From an uncultured Clostridia bacterium (GTDB taxonomy: Bacteria > Bacillota > Clostridia > Oscillospirales > QAKW01): 64,000 nt of DNA. A program made the translations under genes and the position numbers. The stretch covers positions 82,164 to 146,163 of the forward strand of contig CALWYZ010000003.1 in assembly GCA_944385895.1 (NCBI GenBank), in the 5' to 3' direction. This document shows, piece after piece, positions 30,107 through 40,148 of the stretch; the stretch's first letter is position 1; the number at the start of each line of letters is the position of its first letter. The notes below the pieces were generated by a model that worked only from the letters and a program-made list of their open reading frames with translations, made no database searches and was not told where the DNA came from.

Positions 30107-30634
30107 ATGAATGAGTATATAACAAAAATTATAAATTTGTTTAAAAACAATAAAACATCCGCAATTGCTGTGATAGCAATGATAGGGCTGCTGTTGATAA
30201 CAGCAAATTATATATTTAAAAAGCCTTCTCAAGACACAACAGAATCTGTGTTTGATGAAACGGAATACATTGAAAGCCTTGAGAGGCGTGTCAGCAACAT
30301 GGTTTCTGACATAAAAGGTGCAGGTTCGAGCAGTGTGGTGATCAATATTATATCTACTACGGAGTCTGTGTATGTCAAAGAAAATAAAAAATCTTCAGAC
30401 AGCAGCAGCGATACAAACAAGACCGAAACAGAAGACAGCGTACTCACTATGAAAGATAGCAGCGGTAATGAGTATGCTCTTGTGACAAAACAGATATTGC
30501 CTCAGATTGGAGGTGTCACTGTTGTGTGTGACGGTGGTGATGACCCGTCAGTAAAGGCAGCTGTAATAGATGCTGTGTGCACCGTTTTGAATATCGGTGC
30601 CAATAAGGTGTGCGTAATTGCAAAAGCAAATTAA
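30107..30634 (+). CDS. spoIIIAG: stage III sporulation protein AG
   Basis: 175 aa with an N-terminal TM helix. The C-terminal GGVTVVCDGGDDPSVKAAVIDAVCTVLNIGANKVCV matches the conserved SpoIIIAG ring-forming motif. Confidence 0.85.
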   Translation: MNEYITKIINLFKNNKTSAIAVIAMIGLLLITANYIFKKPSQDTTESVFDETEYIESLERRVSNMVSDIKGAGSSSVVINIISTTESVYVKENKKSSDSSSDTNKTETEDSVLTMKDSSGNEYALVTKQILPQIGGVTVVCDGGDDPSVKAAVIDAVCTVLNIGANKVCVIAKAN

Positions 30635-30652
30635 ATATTAAAGGAGATAGCT

Positions 30653-31234
30653 ATGAAAATCAATAAAAAACAAATTGTAATGCTGACACTTTCTTTAATT
30701 GTATGTGTAGCGGTATACTTAAACTGGAAATTTCTGCAAGGCGGAGAATACAGTGAAAATGTAACCGAAACTTCTACAAATACTCAAGAAAACGCGACAG
30801 AACAGACTGATAATGAGTCGGGCGAAGAGGAAGATGATAAAAAGACTTTAGGCGAAGCACAATATGTTTCCTCAACAGGCACAAGTGTAGAAGAGTATTT
30901 TACCGGCTCACGCCTTACAAGAAAACAATCCAAAGACGAGGCTCTTGAACTGTTACAGGCTGTAATAGATAATGAATCCTCAAGTGCTGAGTCAATAGAA
31001 AAAGCAAACGCAGAAATTGTTGCAATAGCAGAAGACACTGAGCTTGAGGGTACTTTGGAAAATCTTATAAAGGCTAAGGGATTTGAAGACTGTGTTGTAT
31101 TTATAAGTTCTGATGTGGTAAATGTAGTTGTCACAAGCGACGGCCTTACTCAGGAGCAAGCTGCACAAATTAATGAGCTTGTTGCCAGCCATACCGATAT
31201 GCCGACATCAAAAATCCAAATTATTGAAATTTAA
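30653..31234 (+). CDS. spoIIIAH: stage III sporulation protein AH
   Basis: 193 aa with an N-terminal TM helix, an acidic linker and a C-terminal YscJ/FliF-like domain (LENLIKAKGFEDCVVFIS...). Confidence 0.85.
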   Translation: MKINKKQIVMLTLSLIVCVAVYLNWKFLQGGEYSENVTETSTNTQENATEQTDNESGEEEDDKKTLGEAQYVSSTGTSVEEYFTGSRLTRKQSKDEALELLQAVIDNESSSAESIEKANAEIVAIAEDTELEGTLENLIKAKGFEDCVVFISSDVVNVVVTSDGLTQEQAAQINELVASHTDMPTSKIQIIEI

Positions 31235-31339
31235 AGCAAAAAAGTATTTATTTTTTGCAAATATATGATATAATAACAGTATAATATTAAAAATCAGACG
31301 TATTAGGCAAAAAATAATTAAACAAAAGGAGATATAAAT

Positions 31340-31699
31340 ATGTCAGCAAACGATATTTCCAATATACAAATTTCAAATGATGTTATATCTACAATAGCAG
31401 GAGTTGCGGCATCTGAGGTTGATGGCGTATATGCTCTCAGCACCATATTGTCTTCAAATTTCAAAGATTTGATTTCTAAAAAGAACGCAGGCAAAGGTGT
31501 TATTGTAGATGTTGCAGATAACGGCGATGTTTCTGTCACAGTAAACATGATAGTAAAATACAATTACAAAATTCAGGACGTTGCATTAAATGTGCAGAAT
31601 CAGGTTATACGTGCTATTTCAGATATGACCAATTACAATGTTTCCGCTGTTAATGTTAACGTAGTCGGTGTAAACATACCAAAATCCTCAGACAAATAA
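31340..31699 (+). CDS. Asp23/Gls24 family envelope stress protein
   Basis: 119 aa. The pattern ISNDVISTIAGVAASEVDGV is typical of the Asp23 family. Confidence 0.85.
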   Translation: MSANDISNIQISNDVISTIAGVAASEVDGVYALSTILSSNFKDLISKKNAGKGVIVDVADNGDVSVTVNMIVKYNYKIQDVALNVQNQVIRAISDMTNYNVSAVNVNVVGVNIPKSSDK

Positions 31700-31745
31700 T
31701 AGTATATAATTTAAGGCTGCCTGGATATATGGCGGCCTTATCAAT

Positions 31746-31790
31746 AAAAAAACAGCGTATTTAATACGCTGTTTTTTATTTTTTTTATTT
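31746..31790. terminator. bidirectional intrinsic terminator
   Basis: AAAAAAACAGCGTAT / ATACGCTGTTTTTTAT hairpin between the convergent Asp23-family gene and secF. Confidence 0.75.
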
Positions 31791-32717
31791 TGCAATAGCT
31801 TTCTTTTTACCTTTAAACTTTTGCCAAGATACCCAAAGCGTTCCGGGAAGGGTGATAGAAGAATAGCATCCTGAAATTATGCCAACCATAAGCGGGAGAG
31901 CAAAGTTTGATACTGAAGTAAGTCCGCTTATGAGAGAGAAGATAAACACAAGCGCAATTGCCAGGCTTGCCATAAGGGATGTATTAATTGTACGTGTAAG
32001 ACACTGATTAATGCTCTTGTCAGCGATTTCCTCAATCGACATTTTACCTGAGAACAAACGCTTGTTGTATCTAATTTTATCGTAAATAACAATAGTATCG
32101 TTAACTGAGTAACCGAGAATAGTCAGTATAACAGCAACAAAACCGTCGTTTATCGGAATACCGAATACAACAAAAGTAAAGAACACAAGAAGCAAATCAT
32201 GGAACAGTGCCAACAGAGCAGTAAGAGCTGCTGAAAATCCGGAAATCATTTTAAATCTCAATGTTACATAAATAACTATCAAGACCATAGCAATCAACAT
32301 AGCTTTAATTCCGTTTGTAAAGAATCTTTTGCCGATGTACGGCTCAACGCTTTGCGTCTCATAAAGCTCAACAGCATTGTCAGCATAATCAGAAGATATT
32401 TTATTAGTTATTTCATCCAGCTGTTCTGTAGTAACGCTTGAAGTACCGCCAACGCTAATAACAATAATTTTTCTATCGCTTTCATCGCTGACAGCAGTCT
32501 GTGTCTGGGCGCTTACTTTTTTGCCGAGGATATCTCCTACCAAAGTTTCTATTTCTGCATTTGAAATATCACCGGTATAGCTGTATGACAATTTTGTGCC
32601 GCCGCTGAACTGAATATCAAGCTCAACACCTCTTATAAATAATGACACGATACCCACAAGCATAAGGCAGATAGAGATAATATAAAACCATTTTCTGTTT
32701 TTATAGAACTTAATCAT
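31785..32717 (-). CDS. secF: protein translocase subunit SecF
   Basis: From MIKFYKNRKWFYIISI, with a 6-TM SecF pattern. Its ATG overlaps the secD stop by 8 nt (ATGATTAA). Confidence 0.9.
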   Translation of the reverse strand: MIKFYKNRKWFYIISICLMLVGIVSLFIRGVELDIQFSGGTKLSYSYTGDISNAEIETLVGDILGKKVSAQTQTAVSDESDRKIIVISVGGTSSVTTEQLDEITNKISSDYADNAVELYETQSVEPYIGKRFFTNGIKAMLIAMVLIVIYVTLRFKMISGFSAALTALLALFHDLLLVFFTFVVFGIPINDGFVAVILTILGYSVNDTIVIYDKIRYNKRLFSGKMSIEEIADKSINQCLTRTINTSLMASLAIALVFIFSLISGLTSVSNFALPLMVGIISGCYSSITLPGTLWVSWQKFKGKKKAIAK

Positions 32718-34041
32718 TTGTCGTTGCACCGCCTTTCTGTTTTTTGATACCGTAAAGCCACGGCTTTGACAGACCGTCAAAGAAGCTGAGTGAAGTCAGC
32801 ATAAGTTTTGTAGAAATGATACCCAAACAGAAGTTCATAATTATACCGATAAGAAGGGTATAACCAAAGGAAAGCATGGATCCGGTTCCGAATATCAGAA
32901 GCAGTATTGCAACAATTCCTGTTGTGACGTTACAATCAAGAACTGCTGAAAACGCTCTTGAAAATCCTGCTGCCACAGCACCTTTTATTGTTTTATTATT
33001 TCTGAGTTCATCCTTAATGGTTTCAGATATAATTATGTTTGAGTCAACGCTCATTCCTATTGCAAGTATAATACCGGCGATACCGGGAAGTGTCATTGTA
33101 AGGCCCAGCGTAGCAAAAATAAGAAGCTGACCTGACATTTCAAGAACGAGATTAATACATCCTACAAGACCTGGTAGTTTGTAATACAAAAGCATAAACA
33201 AGCAAATAAGAATTGCAGCGATTATACCCGCATCTACCATTATGTTAAGAGCGCCTTCACCAAGAGTGGCGCTTATAGAGCTGAAGTTTGTTGAGGTAAG
33301 ACTGAAGGGAAGAGCACCGGCTTTGATTTTTGCAGCAAGATCTCTTGCCTCAGATGCTGTAAAATTACCGCTGATCTGAGCGTTTCCGTCGGTAATTGCA
33401 TCCTGAACTGTGGCGTAATTAATCAATGTGTCATCCATATAAATACCAATGACTTTACCGACATTATTTTCAGTAGCATCAGCAAACAGCTCTTTGCCCT
33501 CATCGTCAAATTCAAGAGTAACTATGTATTTGCCGTCATAGTATCCTGATGCACAGTCAGCAACTCTTGCACCGGTCAGTATCGGCTCTTCTTTAGATTT
33601 AGTCACCTCGTATGTACTCTCATCTACGTTTACAAACCAGAAGGAAAGCTCTGCCGTTTCGCCGAGTTCTTCGATAGCGGTAGCAGGATCATAATCCTTT
33701 TCATCAGCAGACCACGGAAATTCAACAAGAATACTTCCTGTGCCTGTGTCAACAGTTACGTTTCTGTCAAGAATGTTTTTACCGTCCAGTCTTGCTTCAA
33801 TAATTGTTTTTGCAGATTCAAGTTGCTCAGCGGTCGGCTGGATATTTTCATCTGCAGGCTTGAAAGTGGCGCTGACACCGCCTTTTATGTCGATTCCGAA
33901 TCTGATGTTGCGCACGCTTTTAACATAAGTTTTGCCGTTGATAGTAAGACCGAAAACGGCGAGAACAGCAACAATAAGAATTATTGCTGCAACAATGAAA
34001 AAAATTGATTTTTGCTTGACCGTATTACTTCTTTTTCTCAT
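32710..34041 (-). CDS. secD: protein translocase subunit SecD
   Basis: 443 aa with an N-terminal TM helix, a large periplasmic-type domain and a C-terminal 5-TM block. SD AAGGAGG. Confidence 0.9.
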   Translation of the reverse strand: MRKRSNTVKQKSIFFIVAAIILIVAVLAVFGLTINGKTYVKSVRNIRFGIDIKGGVSATFKPADENIQPTAEQLESAKTIIEARLDGKNILDRNVTVDTGTGSILVEFPWSADEKDYDPATAIEELGETAELSFWFVNVDESTYEVTKSKEEPILTGARVADCASGYYDGKYIVTLEFDDEGKELFADATENNVGKVIGIYMDDTLINYATVQDAITDGNAQISGNFTASEARDLAAKIKAGALPFSLTSTNFSSISATLGEGALNIMVDAGIIAAILICLFMLLYYKLPGLVGCINLVLEMSGQLLIFATLGLTMTLPGIAGIILAIGMSVDSNIIISETIKDELRNNKTIKGAVAAGFSRAFSAVLDCNVTTGIVAILLLIFGTGSMLSFGYTLLIGIIMNFCLGIISTKLMLTSLSFFDGLSKPWLYGIKKQKGGATTND

Positions 34042-34186
34042 CGTTTACCTCCTTTTAATTTTTTACGACAGCGCAAGTTATAAAACGCTGCATTTTGAAT
34101 ATATTTAATATTAAAATACACTTGAATATTATATAATTCATTATTTAAAAAGTCAATTACCAACTCATTTTTTTGTACTGATTTTT

Positions 34187-34981
34187 ATGAATAAACTATT
34201 AAAAAACACTGTTTTTGGATTTCTTATAGGAGTCTCTGTTATTATTCCCGGTCTGAGTGGAGGCACAACTGCTCTCATAATCGGAATTTACAGCGATATA
34301 ATAAGAGCCACGGATGAGCTCTTTTCAAACTTTAAAAAAAATTCAATATATTTAATGACGATATGCTGCGGAGCGGTGTTGGGTTTTTTCCTGTGTTCTT
34401 TTCCGGTCAAATTTATACTTGACAGATACTTTTTGGAGTTCAGTTATTTTGTCATAGGAGTTATTGTAGGAGGTATCCCGGTATTTTTTACCGGTGTTAA
34501 AAAGTTTGAAAAAAAATATATATTGCTGATTTTAGGCGGGGTTGTAATAACGTTACTCACCGATTTGACTGCAAGTATAAAATTTGCCGGCAGTCAGAAT
34601 CCGATAACTTTTGTTGCGGTCTGTTTGCTGTCGGCTATCGCATTGATACTGCCCGGAATCAGCCTGACATATATACTCATGGCATTTGGATATTACCAAA
34701 AGCTGATCACGGCACTGAATTCATTTGATTTTCTTTTTATTTTAAAATTTGGCACTGTTACGTTATTAGGGATTTTTGCATTTACAAAAATACTTAATTG
34801 CGCATATAAAAAATACCCGGCATCTATCAATATGATGATACTGGGTATGGTTGTTGCTTCGTTAAAACAAATTTTTGTCAGACTTCCCGTTCAGGGAGAG
34901 ATAGTACACTGTGTCTTGTTACTAATTAGCGGTATTTTTGTTTCCATGTTTTTTAGTTTGCTCAAAAAAAGTGCAGACTGA
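34187..34981 (+). CDS. DUF368 family membrane protein (family implicated in polyprenyl-phosphate recycling)
   Basis: 264 aa polytopic protein with the signature IIPGLSGGTTALIIGIY near the N-terminus. Confidence 0.75.
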   Translation: MNKLLKNTVFGFLIGVSVIIPGLSGGTTALIIGIYSDIIRATDELFSNFKKNSIYLMTICCGAVLGFFLCSFPVKFILDRYFLEFSYFVIGVIVGGIPVFFTGVKKFEKKYILLILGGVVITLLTDLTASIKFAGSQNPITFVAVCLLSAIALILPGISLTYILMAFGYYQKLITALNSFDFLFILKFGTVTLLGIFAFTKILNCAYKKYPASINMMILGMVVASLKQIFVRLPVQGEIVHCVLLLISGIFVSMFFSLLKKSAD

Positions 34982-35587
34982 ATTAAGAGCGCAGTTCATG
35001 CATTCAGGTTTGCGAGCAATACAGACAGCCCTTCCGTGATGAACAAGGTTATGGCAAAACTTAGTCTGATGCTGCGGCGGAATTATTTTTTTTAGTTGTT
35101 TTTCCACAGCAACGGGATCATTATTGTTTTTTACAAGCCCAAGACGATTGCTCAGACGTATGCAATGTGTATCGGCAATTATAGAAGGTTTTCCGTATAT
35201 ATCACCGCAGATTAGATTTGCGGTTTTTCTGCCGACGCCTGATAACTTTACCAATTCTTCTATCGTGTCCGGCACCCTGCCGTTATAATCCGAAATAAGC
35301 TGTCCTGACATTTCTATTATACTCTTGGCTTTTCCTCTGAAAAATCCACAGGAATGTATGTAACTGCACAATTCATCAAAATCTGCTGCGGCAAAATCCT
35401 CTAAGGTTTTGTAACGTTCAAAAAGGGCAGGGGTTACCATATTCACCCGTTCGTCCGTACACTGAGCAGACAGACGTGTTGCAATAAGCAGCTGATATGG
35501 TTGTTCATAATTAAGGGAACAGTGGGCGTCGGGGTAAAGCCTGTCAAGGCTTGCTATAATAAAGTCAACTTTATCTTTAATTTTCAT
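34922..35587 (-). CDS. nth: endonuclease III
   Basis: From MKIKDKVDFIIASLDRLYP. HhH-GPD motif region (LSGVGRKTANL) and the 4Fe-4S cluster loop CIARKPECMNCALNSVC. Confidence 0.9.
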   Translation of the reverse strand: MKIKDKVDFIIASLDRLYPDAHCSLNYEQPYQLLIATRLSAQCTDERVNMVTPALFERYKTLEDFAAADFDELCSYIHSCGFFRGKAKSIIEMSGQLISDYNGRVPDTIEELVKLSGVGRKTANLICGDIYGKPSIIADTHCIRLSNRLGLVKNNNDPVAVEKQLKKIIPPQHQTKFCHNLVHHGRAVCIARKPECMNCALNSVCTFFEQTKKHGNKNTAN

Positions 35588-36836
35588 TTTTGATTTTTCT
35601 CCAATACTCTTCTGTGCTACGTTCAAATTTATTGTCGCCGTATTTATAATATACGGCGTTTTTTATATCGTCGGGCAAATACTGTTGTGGAATATAGTTA
35701 TTTTTGAAATTATGAGGATACTTGTAATCAAGACCGTTTGACAGCTTTTTCGATCCGGAATAATGTGTATCTCTGAGAGTTTTTGGAATTTCAGTACCTT
35801 TGCCGGTTCTGACGTCATCTAACGCCGCATCGATTGCACATATGGCACTGTTGGATTTAGGAGCGGTTGCAAGAAGTATCACTGCCTGAGCCAGGGGAAT
35901 ACGGGCTTCAGGAAAACCGAGCATCATTGCGCTGTCAATGCATGATTTTACAATCACAGCCGCATTGGGATATGCAAGACCGATATCTTCACTTGCAATA
36001 ACAAGCAATCGTCTGCAAATAGAGGGCAGATCATTGGCCTCTATCAGTCTTGCAAGATAATACAGAGCGGCGTTTTCGTCAGATCCTCTTATAGATTTTT
36101 GAAATGCAGAAAGTATGTCATAATGAACGTCTCCGTCTCTGTCATAGCGCATAGAGCTTTTTTGAGTGCATTGCTTTACCTGATCCAGAGTAAGAGGAGC
36201 ATTATTGTTTTGTGCGATTACTGAAAGCAGTTCTATGCTGTTTATAGCTTTTCGTACATCACCGCCGCAGGCGACAGAAAGATAATCCAGCGACTCATCG
36301 CTCAGCTGAATATTCACAGATAAGTATTCTCTTACTTTTTCAACTGCCCGGATTATGGCTTTTTTGACATCAGACGGTGCTACGGGCTTGAATTCAAATA
36401 TAGTACAACGTGACAAAATAGCATTATAAATATAAAAATACGGATTTTCTGTTGTAGATGCAATAAGGGTTATTTTCCCGTTTTCAATAAATTCAAGCAA
36501 AGACTGTTGCTGGCGTTTATTGAAATACTGTATTTCATCAAGATACAACAGCACCCCGTTGGGAGCTGTAAATAAATTGCAGTCGTCAATAATAGCTTTT
36601 ATGTCGGATATCGATGCTGTTGTCGCATTCAATTTATAAAGTTTTCTGTCGCTTTTGGCAGCAATTATATTAGCCAGGGTTGTTTTACCGCATCCGCTGG
36701 GTCCGTAAAAAATCATGTTCGGTATATTGCCGCTGGCAATGATATTATATAACGGAGCCTGCTTATTTAAAAGATGCTGCTGGCCCACTATGTCTTCAAG
36801 GCTGTCAGGTCTTATTCTGTCAGATAATGGATTCAT
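35577..36836 (-). CDS. rarA: replication-associated recombination protein A (AAA ATPase)
   Basis: 419 aa. Walker A GPSGCGKTT, Walker B LYLDEI, MgsA-type C-terminal domain. Confidence 0.9.
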   Translation of the reverse strand: MNPLSDRIRPDSLEDIVGQQHLLNKQAPLYNIIASGNIPNMIFYGPSGCGKTTLANIIAAKSDRKLYKLNATTASISDIKAIIDDCNLFTAPNGVLLYLDEIQYFNKRQQQSLLEFIENGKITLIASTTENPYFYIYNAILSRCTIFEFKPVAPSDVKKAIIRAVEKVREYLSVNIQLSDESLDYLSVACGGDVRKAINSIELLSVIAQNNNAPLTLDQVKQCTQKSSMRYDRDGDVHYDILSAFQKSIRGSDENAALYYLARLIEANDLPSICRRLLVIASEDIGLAYPNAAVIVKSCIDSAMMLGFPEARIPLAQAVILLATAPKSNSAICAIDAALDDVRTGKGTEIPKTLRDTHYSGSKKLSNGLDYKYPHNFKNNYIPQQYLPDDIKNAVYYKYGDNKFERSTEEYWRKIKNEN

Positions 36837-36912
36837 AATATTCTCCGCCGTGTAATTTTTTATATTATATCAATTTTATTCAGCTAAATCAACAGTTTAA
36901 ATGTTTTTAATA

Positions 36913-36941
36913 TTGACACTTAAGCTTATAAATAGTAAAAT
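36913..36941 (+). promoter_or_regulatory. sigma-A type promoter upstream of the transketolase genes
   Basis: TTGACA (36913-36918), 17-nt spacer, TAAAAT (36936-36941). Confidence 0.6.
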
Positions 36942-36982
36942 TAATACATCGATTTAAGCGGCTGAATGCGGAGGTAATTTGA

Positions 36983-37810
36983 ATGGAAGAAATTCAAAAA
37001 AATGAATTGAAGAATATTGCACTGAGGATACGGCGTGATATTATAGAACAGGTTTACAACGCAAAATCAGGTCATCCGGGCGGTTCATTGTCTATTGCTG
37101 ATATAATTACATATCTTTATTTTAAAGAAATGAATATTGATCCTTCAAACCCTAAAGATCCTGACAGGGACAGGCTTGTTTTGTCAAAAGGGCATTCATG
37201 TCCCGCTCTTTATGCGGCGCTTGCAGAAAGAGGCTATTTTTCAACAGAAATTTTAAAAACTTTCAGAAAGCTTGACAGCTTTTTGCAGGGCCATCCTGAT
37301 ATGAAAAACACTCCCGGAGTGGATATGTCCAGCGGTTCGCTGGGTCAGGGTATATCGGCGGCATGCGGTATTGCTTTGGCAGGCAAATTAGATAAAAAGA
37401 ATTACAGAGTATATGCCATTTTGGGAGACGGAGAGATCGAGGAGGGACAGGTATGGGAAGCGTTTATGTTTGCCTCTCATTACTGCCTGTCAAATCTTTG
37501 CGTTATAATCGACCGTAACGGTCTGCAGATAGACGGCAAATGCAAAGACGTTATGTCAAGCGAGCCTCTGGAAGATAAAATGCAGGCATTCGGTTTTGAT
37601 GTCAAGGTCATTGATGCGCATGATTTTGACGATATAGAAAGTGCCTTCAATACTGCAAAAAATACAACCGATAGACCGACTGCCATTATTGCAAATTCAG
37701 TTAAGGGCAAAGGAGTATCATTTATGGAAAATGTTGTGTCATGGCATGGTACGGCTCCTAATGAACAGCAATATGAGCAGGCGATGTCAGAACTTAAGGA
37801 GGTGCGCTGA
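36983..37810 (+). CDS. transketolase, N-terminal subunit
   Basis: 275 aa with the TPP-binding pattern SGHPGGSLS and GDGEIEEG. Confidence 0.9.
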   Translation: MEEIQKNELKNIALRIRRDIIEQVYNAKSGHPGGSLSIADIITYLYFKEMNIDPSNPKDPDRDRLVLSKGHSCPALYAALAERGYFSTEILKTFRKLDSFLQGHPDMKNTPGVDMSSGSLGQGISAACGIALAGKLDKKNYRVYAILGDGEIEEGQVWEAFMFASHYCLSNLCVIIDRNGLQIDGKCKDVMSSEPLEDKMQAFGFDVKVIDAHDFDDIESAFNTAKNTTDRPTAIIANSVKGKGVSFMENVVSWHGTAPNEQQYEQAMSELKEVR

Positions 37811-37812
37811 TT

Positions 37813-38748
37813 ATGCTGAAAGAAGCTACAAGAGAAAGTTACGGCAAGGCTCTTGCAGAGTTTGCCGAAAAATATGATTTATATGTTTTGGATGCCGATC
37901 TGTCCGAGGCGACAAAAACAAAAATTTTTGCACAAAAGTACCCTGAAAGATTTATTGATTGCGGTATTGCAGAAGCAAATATGGTTTCAGTCGCCGCAGG
38001 TCTTGCAGCCAGTGGCAAAACGGTTTTTGCAAGCTCATTTGCTATGTTTTTGGCTGGCAGAGCTTTTGAACAGGTAAGAAACTCAATAGGTTATCCCCAT
38101 CTTAATGTGAAGCTCGGTGCAACGCATGCCGGACTCAGCGTCGGAGAAGACGGAGCCACTCATCAATGCAACGAAGATATCGCCCTTATGCGTACAATAC
38201 CCGGTATGGTTGTCTTAAACCCCGCTGATCCTGTCGAGGCGCGTCTTGCTGTCAAAGCTGCGATAGAACATGACGGTCCAGTATATTTACGTTTTGGCAG
38301 AATGCCGATCGAACAAATTCTGCCGGATGATTATAAATTTGAAATAGGAAAGGGTACCGTTTTAAAAGACGGTACTGATGTTGCCGTCATTGCGACAGGT
38401 CTGATGGTCGGTGAGGCATTAAAAGCTGCTGAAATGCTTGAGCAAAAGTCGATAAGTGCGGCTGTAATCAATATTTCTTCGATAAAACCACTTGACAAAA
38501 AGCTTATTTTGGAATATTCTATTAGATGCGGTGCGCTTGTAACGTCTGAAGAGCATTCTATTATCGGCGGGCTTGGCTCCGCTGTATGTGAAGCGGTAAG
38601 TGAAGCTGCTCCTTGTCCCGTTATACGTCACGGCGTTGAGGATATGTTTGGCAAAAGTGGTGCCGCACAAAAGGTTCTGGATTACTATAAGCTCAATGCC
38701 GAAGGTATCGTTCAGAAAGTTCTTGAGGCTGTATCATTGAAAAAATGA
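37813..38748 (+). CDS. transketolase, C-terminal subunit
   Basis: 311 aa pyrimidine-binding and C-terminal domain, immediately following the N-terminal subunit gene. Confidence 0.9.
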   Translation: MLKEATRESYGKALAEFAEKYDLYVLDADLSEATKTKIFAQKYPERFIDCGIAEANMVSVAAGLAASGKTVFASSFAMFLAGRAFEQVRNSIGYPHLNVKLGATHAGLSVGEDGATHQCNEDIALMRTIPGMVVLNPADPVEARLAVKAAIEHDGPVYLRFGRMPIEQILPDDYKFEIGKGTVLKDGTDVAVIATGLMVGEALKAAEMLEQKSISAAVINISSIKPLDKKLILEYSIRCGALVTSEEHSIIGGLGSAVCEAVSEAAPCPVIRHGVEDMFGKSGAAQKVLDYYKLNAEGIVQKVLEAVSLKK

Positions 38749-38778
38749 TTTTTTGCGGATCATTCGATCCGCTGAAAT

Positions 38779-38854
38779 GGGCTTATAGCTCAGTTGGTAG
38801 AGCGATGCGTTCGCAACGCATAGGTCAGGGGTTCGATTCCCCTTAGGTCCACCA
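38779..38854 (+). tRNA. tRNA-Ala (anticodon CGC)
   Basis: 76 nt cloverleaf. Acceptor GGGCUUA/UAGGUCC with the G3:U70 Ala identity pair, D-loop AGCUCAGUUGGUAGAGC, anticodon stem AUGCG/CGCAU with loop UUCGCAA, T-arm GGUUCGAUUCC, encoded CCA. Confidence 0.92.
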
Positions 38855-38897
38855 AATCAAGGCTTGAAGCCGGTAGATGCTTCAAGCCTTGATTATT
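38855..38897 (+). terminator. intrinsic terminator after the tRNA
   Basis: 16-bp stem AATCAAGGCTTGAAGC / GCTTCAAGCCTTGATT followed by ATTTAT. Confidence 0.8.
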
Positions 38898-38925
38898 TAT
38901 ATATTTTAATTTAAAGGAGCTTAAC

Positions 38926-40011
38926 ATGAAACTGGGTATCGTCGGATTGCCGAATGTTGGAAAAAGCACTTTATTTAATGCAATAACCAATTCAAAAGCA
39001 CAGTCGGAAAATTATCCGTTTTGCACTATTGAGCCAAATGTCGGAGTTGTATGTGTACCGGACAGCAGACTTGAGGTTCTGGCTGAAATGAGCAAGTCAA
39101 AAAAAATCGTTCCGGCTGTAATTGAATTTGTAGATATTGCGGGTCTTGTAAAGGGTGCATCCAGAGGTGAGGGGCTTGGAAACAAGTTTTTGTCAAATAT
39201 AAGAGAAGTGGACGCAATAGTCCATGTTGTAAGATGCTTTGATAACGACAATATCGTGCATGTTGACGGAAGTGTCAACCCTATTCGTGATATTGAAACT
39301 ATCAATCTTGAGCTTATATTTGCTGATCTGGAGAGTGTAGAAAAACATTTAGACCGTGTCAGAAAGCTGCTTAAGGGTGATAAAAAATATCAGACGGATT
39401 TGAATATGTTTGAAAAAATCAAAGCCGCGCTGGAAGAAGGAAAGCTTGCAAACACCGTGCAGTTTACTGATGAAGAAAAAGATATATTGCGTTCAGTACA
39501 GCTTCTTACAAATAAACCTGTGATTTATGCCTGTAATATCAGTGACAATGATATCGGTACAAATAATGAATATGTAAAGCTTGTAGAGGATTTTGCAAAG
39601 AAAAGCAATTCCGAAGTTTTTACAATCTGTGCTCAGGTTGAACAGGAAATAAGCGAGCTTGATGAAGACGATAAAAAAATGTTTCTTGAAGAGCTTGGTT
39701 TTGAAAGCAGCGGTCTGGACAGGCTTATAAGCAAATGCTATTCATTGCTAAATCTTATAAGCTACATTACAACAGGCGAAATGGAGACCAAGGCATGGAC
39801 AATAACAAAAGGAACACGCGCACCACAGGCGGCAGGTAAGATTCATACCGATTTTGAACGCGGATTTATACGAGCAGAGGTTGTGTCGTATGATGATCTG
39901 GTCGCATGCGGAAGTATGGCCGCGGCCAGAGAAAAGGGCCTTGTAAGAAGCGAAGGCAAAGAATATGTCATGAATGACGGCGATGTAGTTTTGTTTAGAT
40001 TCAACGTATAA
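38926..40011 (+). CDS. ychF: redox-regulated ATPase YchF
   Basis: 361 aa. MKLGIVGLPNVGKSTLFNAIT G1 motif and a TGS-like C-terminal domain. Confidence 0.93.
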   Translation: MKLGIVGLPNVGKSTLFNAITNSKAQSENYPFCTIEPNVGVVCVPDSRLEVLAEMSKSKKIVPAVIEFVDIAGLVKGASRGEGLGNKFLSNIREVDAIVHVVRCFDNDNIVHVDGSVNPIRDIETINLELIFADLESVEKHLDRVRKLLKGDKKYQTDLNMFEKIKAALEEGKLANTVQFTDEEKDILRSVQLLTNKPVIYACNISDNDIGTNNEYVKLVEDFAKKSNSEVFTICAQVEQEISELDEDDKKMFLEELGFESSGLDRLISKCYSLLNLISYITTGEMETKAWTITKGTRAPQAAGKIHTDFERGFIRAEVVSYDDLVACGSMAAAREKGLVRSEGKEYVMNDGDVVLFRFNV

Positions 40012-40016
40012 TTAAA

Positions 40017-40060
40017 TAAAATACAGCTGCCTTGTATAGGCAGCTGTATTTTATTTTTTT
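40017..40060. terminator. bidirectional intrinsic terminator
   Basis: ATACAGCTGCC / GGCAGCTGTAT stem with an A-run on the 5' side and a T-run on the 3' side. Shared by ychF (+) and the micro-ORF (-). Confidence 0.85.
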
Positions 40061-40061
40061 A

Positions 40062-40148
40062 TTAATCGTTGCAGCAGCAGAGGATAAGAAGTGCGATTAT
40101 TATTATCCAGCAGCAATTGTCCTCACCGAACAAATTCTTGATACACAT
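40062..40148 (-). CDS. 28-aa Cys-rich hydrophobic micro-protein (MCIKNLFGEDNCCWIIIIALLILCCCND)
   Basis: Below the ORF-track length cutoff, so translated by hand. ATG at 40148 lies 6-7 nt after SD GAGGTGA. It has a single TM-like core flanked by CC and CCC, and ends 1 nt before the terminator. Confidence 0.55.
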   Translation of the reverse strand: MCIKNLFGEDNCCWIIIIALLILCCCND

